Assembly: GCA_010015585.1 (NCBI GenBank) | Contig: ML975151.1 | DNA: 64,000 bases | Source of the DNA: Eremomyces bilateralis CBS 781.70 | Taxonomy: Eukaryota | Strand: one strand, 5' to 3' | Shown: positions 25,809 to 36,265 of the stretch, piece after piece | How positions within the stretch are numbered: position 1 is the first letter of the stretch | Layout: every line of letters starts with the position of its first letter | Translations under genes and position numbers: made by a program | Notes under the pieces: generated by a model | The model's database searches: none | Seen by the model: only the letters and a program-made list of their open reading frames with translations | What the model was told of the DNA's origin: nothing

Positions 25809-26044
25809 GTAACCACGTGACCTATTACTTCTCTTAATGAAGAAACGAAGGGTGATCAGGAAACTTTGATCGCAACATAACACAGCATAACATCGCCCTA
25901 GCATAAGATTGGTATTTTTTTTCCAAATTCTGTGTCTGACTGAAAATCCGATGCAATGAAGTGGTGATGTGGGCAAATCATTCGAATTCATTGCTAGAAG
26001 CTCGTTTTGATGAGGAAAGTTGAGCACTGTAGTGATGGCCATCA
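25809..26044 (+). repeat. Diverged direct repeat, copy 2 (upstream of amidase)
   Basis: Same collinear blocks as 23097-23353. Confidence 0.85.
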
Positions 26045-26651
26045 AGGGGATGTTAGGATGGAACCCACCCAGTGTCCGAGCCCGCCTCCGAGGAAGGTCC
26101 GGATGACTGACAAATTAACCAGCCAACCATACGGCACACAAGCAAGTATTTACGAACCATTTACGGAGTAATTAGGCCAAATTGAATTTGTCAGTGCCGA
26201 TTTTGAACCGAGCGACCGTTGCAAAGGGCGCCAGAAACTACAACTTGCGGCTACCATTCTATATACAGTTGGCGGCACTGGCTAGCACAAGATACGAAAC
26301 CGGTTTTGCCTTAGGCTGTTGCGGCTGAACAGGTTGGAGAACCTCTCCTGGAGAATTAGAGTGTACTACTACTTCAGAGTGACGTTCAGTGTGATATGTC
26401 ATATGTGTGATGTCCGAAGGTTCGGCGAAGATACAGAAGTAGCACCACGATGTTGCCTCATTAAGAATTCGGCAGTGGGGATTTACGAGATACTCGTGGA
26501 TGGTGTCATGGCGAGAGGATAGGAATTGATAGCATCAAACGTGTATATAAGAACTGGCATTTGCACACGTTTACTGGTATTCTGATATTTCAGATATACC
26601 TCAACTACCTCATTATACCAACCCATTTCATCATTCATCACCGTTGCAAAC

Positions 26652-28545
26652 ATGACAAACAGAGCGTCCCCCCTACCCAATTGGGCCCAGAAATCCGCCC
26701 AGAAGCGCGATTCGTTGAAAGCCAAGATCAACCCAGCCTGGCTTCTGGACCTGTCTCCGACCGTGGACCTCAGTGAGAGCTCAACCGTGAGCGCCATGGA
26801 TGTGCTGCAGCAATACGGCCGGCAAGTCTTGTCGAAGCAGGAATGGGAGCTCACGGAGGAGCACGACGCCACGGGCATGCTGCAATTGCTCGCGGAGAGG
26901 AAGGTGTCCGCGGTAGAGGTGACGACGGCGTTCTGCAAGCGGGCGGCGATTGCGAACCAGCTGGTCAGTGAGATTGTGGTGAGAGTATGTCCATTGGCTG
27001 ACTGTCGCAGGTCAATTGCTTGACGGAGGTGATGTTCGATGAAGCGGTGGAACGGGCCAAAGAACTGGATGAGCACTTCGAGAGGACGGGGAAGCCGCTG
27101 GGGAGGCTCCATGGCCTGCCAATCAGTCTTAAGGTACGCAAGATGATGAAAAAATCGCATGGAGTATATCATGGATCTGGGAGTTTGACACCGCCTAGGA
27201 CTCGTTCAACGTAAAAGGCGTCCAATCCGCCATCGGATACGTCTCGTTCCTAGACCACGAACCACCCACCTCGAACGCCGCCCTCGTGGACATTTTGCTC
27301 GCCGAAGGCGCCGTCGTGTACTGCAAGACCAACGTCCCGGTGACCTTGATGATGGCCGATTCCGTCAATAACGTCACCGGCCGAACCCTCAACCCCAACA
27401 AGCTCAGCCTGACGGCCGGCGGCAGCACCGGCGGCGAAGGCGCCCTGGTCAAGCTCCGTGGCTCACTCCTCGGCGCAGGCACCGACATCGCCGGCTCGGC
27501 CCGCATCCCCGCGCTCTGCAACGGGATCTACGGCTTCCGCCCGACGACCCTCCGCGTGCCGTTCGTCGGGCTGACGGCGCCCGGGCGCGTCGGGAGCCCG
27601 AGCCCCATTTTGCCGGTGATAGGGCCAGAGGGGCACTCCGTGCGGGACCTGGAGTTATTCATGCGGACCGTGGCGGACAGCGAGCCGTGGAAGGTAGACC
27701 ACACGTGCGTAACGGTGCCCTGGCGGACGGTTGCGCCGCCCACCCGTCCGCTACGCTTCGGGTACTTGAAGGAAGATCCATCGCGGCCACTGCATCCCAC
27801 CGCCCTACGCGGCATGACGTCCGCCGCGCGGAAACTCGAGGACACGGGCCACGCGATCGTGGAACTCGACGGACGTGTCCCATCGCTATGGGAGACCTCG
27901 CGGCTGGCGTGGAAGTTCTTCGAGACGGATCCGCAGCACGTCCCCGCGCAGCATCTGCGCGCCTCGGGCGAGCCGCTCGTCCCCGCGTTAGAAACGACCA
28001 CGCTCCCCGAACTCCAGGGGTGGGAGCCGAGCGTGGACGAGCTGTTCGAGATGAATTTGCAGAGGCAGGCGCTGGTGGGAGCGTGGCATGACATCGTGGT
28101 GGCGGAGCGGTTGGATGCGATCATCCTGCCGACGTACCAGTCGACGGCAGTGAGGCATGACACCTATGGGTTCATGATTTACACCGTGTTGGCGAACATG
28201 CTAGACGTAAGGAGCTCGTGACGCCACGCGGATGCGCAGTTCATTGCCGGCTAACGATCACATGGCAGTACCCTGCACTTGCCCTCCCGTACCTGCGAGC
28301 CGAGAAAGCGAAAGATAACGCCTTTTTCAGGCCAGATGTGCGCTATGAGCCACCTTGTAAGTTCGTCTTTGAGCACTGTGCGAACCGGATACTGACCAAA
28401 CCCGGCAGATGAGCCGGATTCGGTGGAGGGCGCTCCTTTCGGCTTCCAGATTATGGGGATCCCAATGAAGGATGAAGAGCTGTTGAAGATTGGAGCCGTT
28501 GTTGATGAAGTGCTCCATGGTGCTTATGGGGTTAGCGTACCTTGA
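26652..28545 (+). CDS. Amidase signature family (acetamidase-like)
   Basis: AFCKRAAIANQL, LHGLPISLK|DS, KTNVP, GGSTGGEG, GTDIAGSARIP and GAPFGFQ; four introns. Confidence 0.95.
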
Positions 28546-28660
28546 TACCCTGACTCAATTGGAAGTCTTACCTGAAATCGCAAGAAATAAACCCCTGAAC
28601 TGGGACCATTGTGTTAAGTCTAAATCAACAATCGTGATAAGCATTGGAATAAATAGCATC

Positions 28661-29499
28661 TCAAAACGCATGCGGTCTGATCCTGTCCCCTCTCCAGAAT
28701 CCCATCAGCTCGCCTGTCCCCGCGATCCACTCCTTAACTCCCGAGACTGCCGCCTTCGCCATCCCCGTATTCGTCCCGCTCCTCATCCGACCATAACCCG
28801 ACGCCCCCGGCTCAGCGCCCGGCTTCGCAAAGCTCGAGCCGGACCCGGTCGCGTATTCACTGCCCATGGTGGGCAGGACGTTCTCGCCGGCCGACAGTCC
28901 CACGAACAGGGAGAACGGCACCAGCCAGACGCAGATGCCGAAGTAGGAGGCGATCTCAGTGAAGCTAGGCAGGTTGTAGGCGTCGTAGGAGGAGTAGGAG
29001 GATCCGTAGCCTAGGACTGGGGATGGGGGAGAGGAGAAGTGGCGGAAGCAGAGGTAGTGGTTGACGAGCACGAGGACTAGAAAGCATATATTAGGACGCT
29101 GTCGGTCGCAGAGTGTTGCGTTCCGGCATACCGCATGACAAGATGAACACCGGGCTCGTCAATTTGACCACGGGGAATCGTTGAAGATTCAGGTAGTAGA
29201 CAACGTGGCTCCCGATGCCGATTGCGGTCAAGGTGAGAGGGAACCCGTCGACCGCGCAGAGGAGGACCTGGATGGCGATCACCGTGAAGATGAGGCGGGT
29301 CAGGAATTTCTTCGCGAGGACAGTATGTTCTTCTAGCACCTCTGATAGATAGTAGAGGCCAGATGCTGTGATATACGTTAGCCATTGCGTACAAAGGGGG
29401 GATCGCTATCGTCGCATTGGTGAACGTACCTATTGCCAGCGTCATGAACGCGAAGCCGAGCACCAGGCCGATGATACCAAGGACGGAGAGAACCCACAT
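28661..29499 (-). CDS. SVP26: Svp26/TEX261 ER-Golgi cargo adaptor
   Basis: TLAI|ASGLYYLSEVLEEHT, NHYL.FRHF, ASYFGICVWLVPFSLFV and SAGENVLP. Confidence 0.92.
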
Positions 29500-29794
29500 T
29501 GCGTCAGAACTGTGAGCATTAAAAGCAAATATCTTTGAAGTTTGATGATAAATGCAAGAGCTCTCAGTTCTCAGCTTGGTGGTCAAATATTAATGCGTAG
29601 CTGTCCTTAAGTCTTAACCTGAACAACCCTGGCGTTCGGGTCGACCCGAGATAATCTGCGCCCCACAATTGACTTTTATCATTTCATCAATCACTGCAGA
29701 GTGCAGATTTATATTCGACTTGGACAGTTCAGCACACCCTCCAAAACTCCAAAGAACCCGCCATATTAACCTCTACCACAAAAATCCTGTCATC

Positions 29795-30749
29795 ATGTCT
29801 CGACCCGAAGATATCCTGTAAGCCTTCCCCCCAATCCCCCAATCCTACCCACCCACTAACCCCCACCAGCCCCCCCGACATCTACTACTCCTCCACCACC
29901 GCGCGCAAATACACTACCTCCTCGCGCATCCAGCATATCCAAGCGCAGATGGCCCAACGCGCCCTCTCCCTCCTCAACCTCACCACCCCCTCCTACATCC
30001 TCGACGTCGGCTGCGGCTCCGGCCTCTCCGGCGCCATCCTCTCCTCCACGCCCCCGGAGGCCGGCGGGCCTCACGTTTGGGTCGGTATGGATATCAGCGC
30101 TGATATGCTTAGCGTGGCGCTCGAGCGGGGGGGCGAGGATCCCGATACCGGCAACTCCGATGACGGCAGCGAGGAAGGCGAGGGCGAGGAGGAGTGTCAG
30201 GGAGATCTGTTCCTCGCGGACGCAGGGCAGGGGGTCCCGTTCCGCGCAGGCACATTCGACGCGGCCATCTCCATCAGCGCGGTGCAGTGGCTCTGCAACG
30301 CAGAATCGTCAATCGAGACAGCGGAAGGGCGACTCAAGCGATTTTTCGAAGGGCTGTACGCGGCGCTGCGGCGGGGAGGCAGAGCGGTGTGTCAGTTCTA
30401 CCCCCGGGACGAGGGGCAGAAGCGGATGGTGGCGCAGGCGGCGATCCGGGCGGGGTTCGGGGCGGGGTTGTTGGAGGATGGGGCGGGGACGAAGGCGGTG
30501 AAGGTGTATTTGGTGTGTACGGTTGGCGGGGGGGATGTGGCCGGGGGAGATATCACGGGGGTGGTGGAGGGGATGGAGGGGGTGGAAGTGGACGATACGA
30601 GACGGAGGGTGCGGAGAGGAGGGGAGAAGGGGATGCAGAAGGGGAGTAAGCAGTGGATTTTGCGGAAGAAGGATCGGATGGAGCGGAAGGGGATGGTGGT
30701 GAAGGCTACCAGTAAATACACCGGAAGGAAGAGAAAGATTGCTTTCTGA
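29795..30749 (+). CDS. BUD23: 18S rRNA m7G methyltransferase Bud23
   Basis: MSRPEDIL|PPD, LDVGCGSGLSG, GVPFRAGTFD..ISISAVQWLCNA, CQFYP and SKYTGRKRK. Confidence 0.96.
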
Positions 30750-30950
30750 TCCGAGGATTTCGGTTCATTAGGGCCTTTAGGGGATCATTCATCTGCATCG
30801 GTCGGCGTTGGTAGGGTCTATGAACAAACATGATACCATTGCATAGACGAGCATACTATTTCTTTATACAATAAACCATGAATCCAAAATTGAGCAAAAC
30901 ACCTGCAGGAAAATCCTTATTTACAGCTCTATTGTCGCGTCTCCAACCTC

Positions 30951-32358
30951 TCATCCTGATGCCTCCATCTTGTCTAAGACCGCTCGGGTGAACTGTTGCG
31001 TAGTGGCATTGCCACCCATATCGCGTGTCCGTGATTTACTACAAACCGTCAATAATAGATACAACATCTAGGCCTAGCGGAACTTACGGGTCGGCAATAA
31101 CATCATACACAGCCTTCGATATCCTGTTCGCGTGGTCATCGAGGCCAACATGACGCAGCATCATGCTCGCGCTCAACAGAAGTGCGCTGGGGTTAGCCTG
31201 GCCCTTGTCTTTAATGTCCAATCCAACGTGACGGCATCCGGGCTCGAAGACGGCGACCTCCCGGCCCATATTGCAGCCGGGAACGATTCCAGGACCGCCA
31301 ACCAGGCCGGCGCCGATGTTGGACAGGATGCCACCGTACAGATTCGGCATGACCATGACATCGAATTGCTGCGGCCGGGAGACGCACTGCATGGAGGCGT
31401 TGTCGACGATCATATCGTTCGACTCGAGGGTCGGGTAATCCTCGCCGACCTTCTTCACAGTGTTCCGGAACAGGCCGTCGGCCAGCTTCATGATGTTGGC
31501 CTTGTGGATGCAGGTGACCTTCTTGCGGTTGTTGGCCAGGGCGAAGGCGAAGGCGAACTTGGCGATGCGCTCGCTCTTGGCGCGGGTGATGATCTTGAGG
31601 GACTCGACGACGCCGGGGACCGATTGGTGCTCGAGGCCGGAGTACTCACCTTCGGTGTTCTCGCGGATAATGCAGAAGTCGACATTCTTGTGGCGGGTCT
31701 CGTAGCCGGGGATATTCTTGATGAGGACGATGGAGGCGTAGATGTCGAGTTCTTGACGGAGGGCGACGTTGAAGGATTGGTGACCGGAGCGCTCTACGGG
31801 AGTGTGCAAGATACCTAAACGAAATCTCAGTTTCAGTCCGGATAGGAAGGGAACAGGTTGCATTACCCTTCAATCCGAGTTTGTTCCTCTTCAACGAAGC
31901 AACCGCCTCCCGGAAAAGATCGTCGGACGGCTTGCTTCCCGACTCCATACCGGACACATCGACCTGTTCCCATTCGACGGGAACATTGTCCGCCTTGAAG
32001 ACCTCCTTGACCGTTTCTGACACTTCAGCACCGATGCCGTCGCCTATTGTGATCGTAAGAGGGCTGCGCAAATCCTGATGCCGGGGCGGGCCGACATACC
32101 TGGAATCAAGGTGACGGTGTATTTCCCACCGAACTTGGTGGGCTTGAAGATGTCTGTGGAGACGCTTGCCATGCCTTTTTATCGTGTTAGCCATACTGCA
32201 CGCCTATTACCATTAATTGGCCTGTGGTACCTCGAGCCGTTGGTCGCGACCCCCGCAGGAGGCTCTGATAAGAGATCGACGTCAGTTTTCGGTGGACAGA
32301 GTCAAATTGGAGGGCAGAGGCTTACCTGCGCGGCTCTCTGGGAGCTTCGGACCAGCAT
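30951..32358 (-). CDS. IDH1: Mitochondrial NAD-isocitrate dehydrogenase subunit 1
   Basis: IFKPTKFGGKYTVTLIP|GDGIG, SFNVALRQELD, IRENTEGEYSG, IHKANIMK, FEPGCRHVG and TRDMGG. Confidence 0.96.
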
Positions 32359-33266
32359 ATTGACGGTACTTCCCTGGAAAGGAGAGAATTGGGTTTAAGG
32401 GATCGTAGGGTGGGTGGCTGAGGAGAGATGCGAAGAATTGAACAATATTGAAGGGAGAAATGCTTGCATGACGATTTAGTTCCTGTTGACGATTTGCAGC
32501 CCTTGGCCCTGGTGGACTTGCGGCGACAGGAAGAGGTCAGTGCGCGCCACCAATTTGATGCTTTCATTCCGCGTTTCCGTTCGTCCAGACTTCATCATCA
32601 CCTGTCCATTGCCCACTCACAGTCTTGCACTGTTGATAGATCCAATTAGGGCCATTCTTGATTGAAATCTTCCTCTAAGATGCTGCGAATCCTTGAATTG
32701 AATCTATCTCGCTGTTCGCAAAACATGGAATCCAAACTTGACTCGCTCAGAACGAAAGGACCTGGAATGTCCACGCTGACCTCTCCGCAAGTCCGTTTAC
32801 TCCTGTGACAGCGTCTCGGAGTTATCCCTATTTCTTGCTGTATCTGTATGTTCTATATAAATATATCGATCAGGTTAATCTGTGTTTGGGGAAAGGAAAG
32901 ATTCACTGCCTGGCAAGGCCCCCGAGGCCTCAGTGTATGCCACAAGACCATAGCGTCCGCAACACATGGTGGGCTCGCTGGTCTAAATGTTCTATGGGAC
33001 GGTTCCTTTATCATGCATGGTCTGCCGAGCGGATAGCATTTCTAGCGCACCAATCTAGTCCAGAGCGACGCGGAATAGAGTAACCGATAAAGGTTCTTCT
33101 TTCGGATTTGGATGCCCCGGCAATCGCCTTCCCCGCCTTTGACGCCAGAGATGTTCCGGGCCGTCTGGTTGGTAAGGCTGTAGATATATTGAGCGATATC
33201 GCTCCGTGTCCATTCTTTCTTTACTTCACAGTTCTGAGTCATATTTCCATTCTCCATAAGTAAAAC

Positions 33267-34294
33267 ATGCAAGTTGGAGACTTTCCCATTAAAGATAAAG
33301 TGGTGGTAGTGACAGGTGGTGGCTCGGGTATGTCAATCGATGCTTAGCAATCTAGTCAAGACCTAACGACATTAGGGATATGCTTCGAGTTTGTCAAGAA
33401 AGCGATTGAGGCCGGAGCGAAAGTCCTAATAGCGGACTTAAAGCTCACTACGCAAGCCCAGACGTGGTTTAATGAGGTACAAGACAAGCGTCCAGTTGCA
33501 TTCGCAACATGCGATGTAACGAAGTGGTCAGACTTGAGAGAACTTGTCGATGCATCCAGAAAGCATTTCAATGCCGTCCCAGACGTCTGGGTACCCGGTG
33601 CCGGCGTCTTCGAACCTGTCAGTAAGCTCCTCCGGCCGAAGATCCACGATTAACGAATAGCAGAAATGGTCCAACTTCTGGGATGATCTGGAGACCGAAC
33701 GGTACCAGGAGGTAGATATCAACGTAAACCATCCGATAAAGCTCACGAGAATCGCTATGCAAGCGCTTGCCGAGGCCGACAAAAAGGGCGTAGTCCTATC
33801 CGTCGCATCGATCGCCGGTCTGTCAGGAACCTATTCTAGCGCACTATACGTGGCGACAAAACATGCCGTCGTTGGTTTCACTCGCAGCATGGCTCTGGCA
33901 GATAAGTATGAAGGCATCAAGATCGTAACGATATGCCCGGGGTAAGCTACACCCACTGCGACCTGATCTATTAGATACTGACGTTCCCTCCAGCGTTGTG
34001 AAAACCCCCCTCTGGACCGACCGAGATGACTACATGAAGCAATTTGGCATCTCCGACAAGCTTTCGCTGACTCCGGAATATATCGCCGACACGATGATGG
34101 ACATCATCCAACAGGGACGGTACCCCGGTGGTACGGTGCTGGAGGTCCGGTTGGAAGGAACAAGAGTCATTCACGAATGGAATAACCCCGTGCCTGAGAG
34201 TCTGAAAGCGGAGATTCCGAAGGAGTTCATTGAGCATAATATTGCTCCGATGAGAGCCATCATGGATTCTTATCGAAAGAAGCCGTCTTCTTAG
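33267..34294 (+). CDS. Short-chain dehydrogenase/reductase (15-hydroxyprostaglandin dehydrogenase-like)
   Basis: VVTGGGSG|I, CDVT, PGAGVFEP, YVATKHAVVGFTRS (YxxxK) and ICPG|VVKTPLW. Confidence 0.93.
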
Positions 34295-34319
34295 CCAGAG
34301 TCATCTACAAGTACCATAT

Positions 34320-34680
34320 TATTATAATAATAAGAATCAATTTAACGTACTATCTGGATCCCTTTCGGGTCTATGAGCACGGCATTCTATCTGGTCTGCC
34401 GCGGGCAAAAGTTTCCCCGTTGCCCTGAGGCTGCGGGTACATAAAATCCCGCCTCCTCCCTTTAGTAGACTATCTCAAACGTTTATCATCTATCCGTACG
34501 AGTCGGTGTTTCCGCCTACGCGGAGAGCTTATTCTGGCACGTCGTGGAGGAGCTGGAACGGTTTCCAGTCCTCTATTACCTCCTCCTCAACTTCCTTGGC
34601 CACCCGGTATTGCTCTAGGCCTCCCGCATCGATCAGCCACCTTGCTGCGTAGCGCACCTTGTCCCTGTCATGCAAACCAT
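34320..34680 (-). mobile_element. Relic 3' end of a fungal LINE (ORF2 C-terminus plus 3' UTR)
   Basis: Minus frame LHDRDKVRYAARWLIDAGGLEQYRVAKEVEEEVIEDWKPFQLLHDVPE* (stop at 34529) resembles Tad/I-like ORF2 ends; no ATG, upstream in-frame stops, hairpin-rich downstream segment. Confidence 0.5.
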
Positions 34681-35011
34681 GTTATATAGCCTTTCAATCT
34701 CCTCGAACTCCAATTCCGTAAAATGTGCCAGGACCTCGAAGTTACTGACAATTTACGATACCTCTTCTTGCTCCGGTTTCAGGGATGCAATCCAACTTCG
34801 TCGCTTGATAAAAAATACGAACAAGCGGCAAAAGTTTCCCATTTCGAGGAGTTTGGTAAAGCCACCCAGAAAAGTGGCGGAGCTGAACTGGAACAGTGAC
34901 GATGGTTGCGGGATATAAAGGCGAGCAAAGTCCTGCGCTCGTGAAAAGGTGAAAGACCAAACGCGAAACAGCAAAAACGAAATATCAACAAGACGTTCGA
35001 GAAATATCAGA

Positions 35012-35507
35012 ATGGCTAACCTCACCGGATCCTGTGCCTGCGGCACCGTAAAGTACGAAGTCACCTCCCCGCCCCTCAAGCACGTCTATAACCCTTTCGC
35101 CTCCCCCCCAGGCCTAACCAACACCTAACCCCCCCGCCCAGGCCATCTGCCACTGCGTCCAATGCCGCAAAGCCACCGGCAGCGCCTTCAGCACGAACAC
35201 CGTCGTCCCCCGCCCGGCCTTCCAGCTAATCGCCGGCGTGCCCAACACCCAAACGTATACTTTCATCCAGGCGGAAAGCAGCATCCCGTTCACGCTCCGC
35301 TTCTGCACGACCTGCGGATCGACGGTGGTGAAGGTATCGGAGCACGAGAGCTTTCGGGACGTGGCGTTGGTGGCGGCGGGGACAGCGGATGTGGGATTCG
35401 ATACGCTGAAGGCGGATACGGAGTTCTGGACGGTGCATCGGGCGGGGTGGTTAGGGGCGGTGGAGGGGGCGGTGGAGGGGGCGGAGCAGGCGGAGGGGTT
35501 TGAGTGA
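35012..35507 (+). CDS. GFA/CENP-V family zinc-binding protein
   Basis: LTGSCACG, AICHCVQCRKATG and RFCTTCGS; one intron. Confidence 0.92.
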
Positions 35508-36265
35508 TGGGGTTGGGAAGGGGTTGGGAAAGGGGCTCGTTGCAGTTTGCCGGGCAGAAGTATGATGCTTCCACCGTCGATACCACAGTTTGCTGTGACG
35601 TTGGCAAGCCAAGATTCAGCCTCTACACGTATTGCCGTCGATGATAATTCGTGCCTTTGCTACATGCGTAGAAGGATGGGAATGGGCTAGCATCCAGCGT
35701 CGGATTCTCGTATAAATAATCGAATATAGTAGTAGAGCAGACCAATCATAGTGAATTGGCACTAGCTGAAATTCTGTCCAGCCTCCGAAGATGAACTCCT
35801 ATTACGGTGTATTTCAGGTGCGCCCCTCGCTCGTAGGAATGCGTCTGTCTCGGCAGAGCGCGCCTAACGATCTAGGCTACACGGATGGCTTGTCACTGAC
35901 GACGATATGCGAAAGAGTCATAGAAGGCTGGCTGGTCGGAACACGACACATCAAACCCCGGCCCAAACGCGGCGCAAGGAGTCGGGTAGACATATCAAGT
36001 CAGTGATTTTAGTTCACTACTGCTATAGAGTTCATTTGTGGCCTGCGACCGCTTCCCATAAACGAATATTGCACCATCGCTAAACGTTGCTTCCAGGCCG
36101 TTGACCGCCCGTCCCCGAACGATCGTAACAATAACCGAAAACCATCAATCCGCCATGTCATGCTGCTGAATACTGAAAACGCCCTCTTATCATCATGAGA
36201 GCTGTCTGCTCCGTCCGTCGTGATCGTCCTTGCAAGAAAATCGATTCAACGCCAACCACCCCCCT

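Noticed and set aside
18127..28545. Secondary-metabolite biosynthetic cluster
   Set aside because: No PKS, NRPS, terpene cyclase or pathway regulator in the window.
31132..31818. Long antisense ORFs over IDH1 (and similar ones over IRE1, CCT2, SAD1 and the dioxygenase)
   Set aside because: Expected shadows of GC3-rich codon usage.
34345..34446. H/ACA snoRNA or hammerhead ribozyme in hairpin-rich segment
   Set aside because: No H box and no CUGAUGA core; better explained as a LINE 3' UTR.
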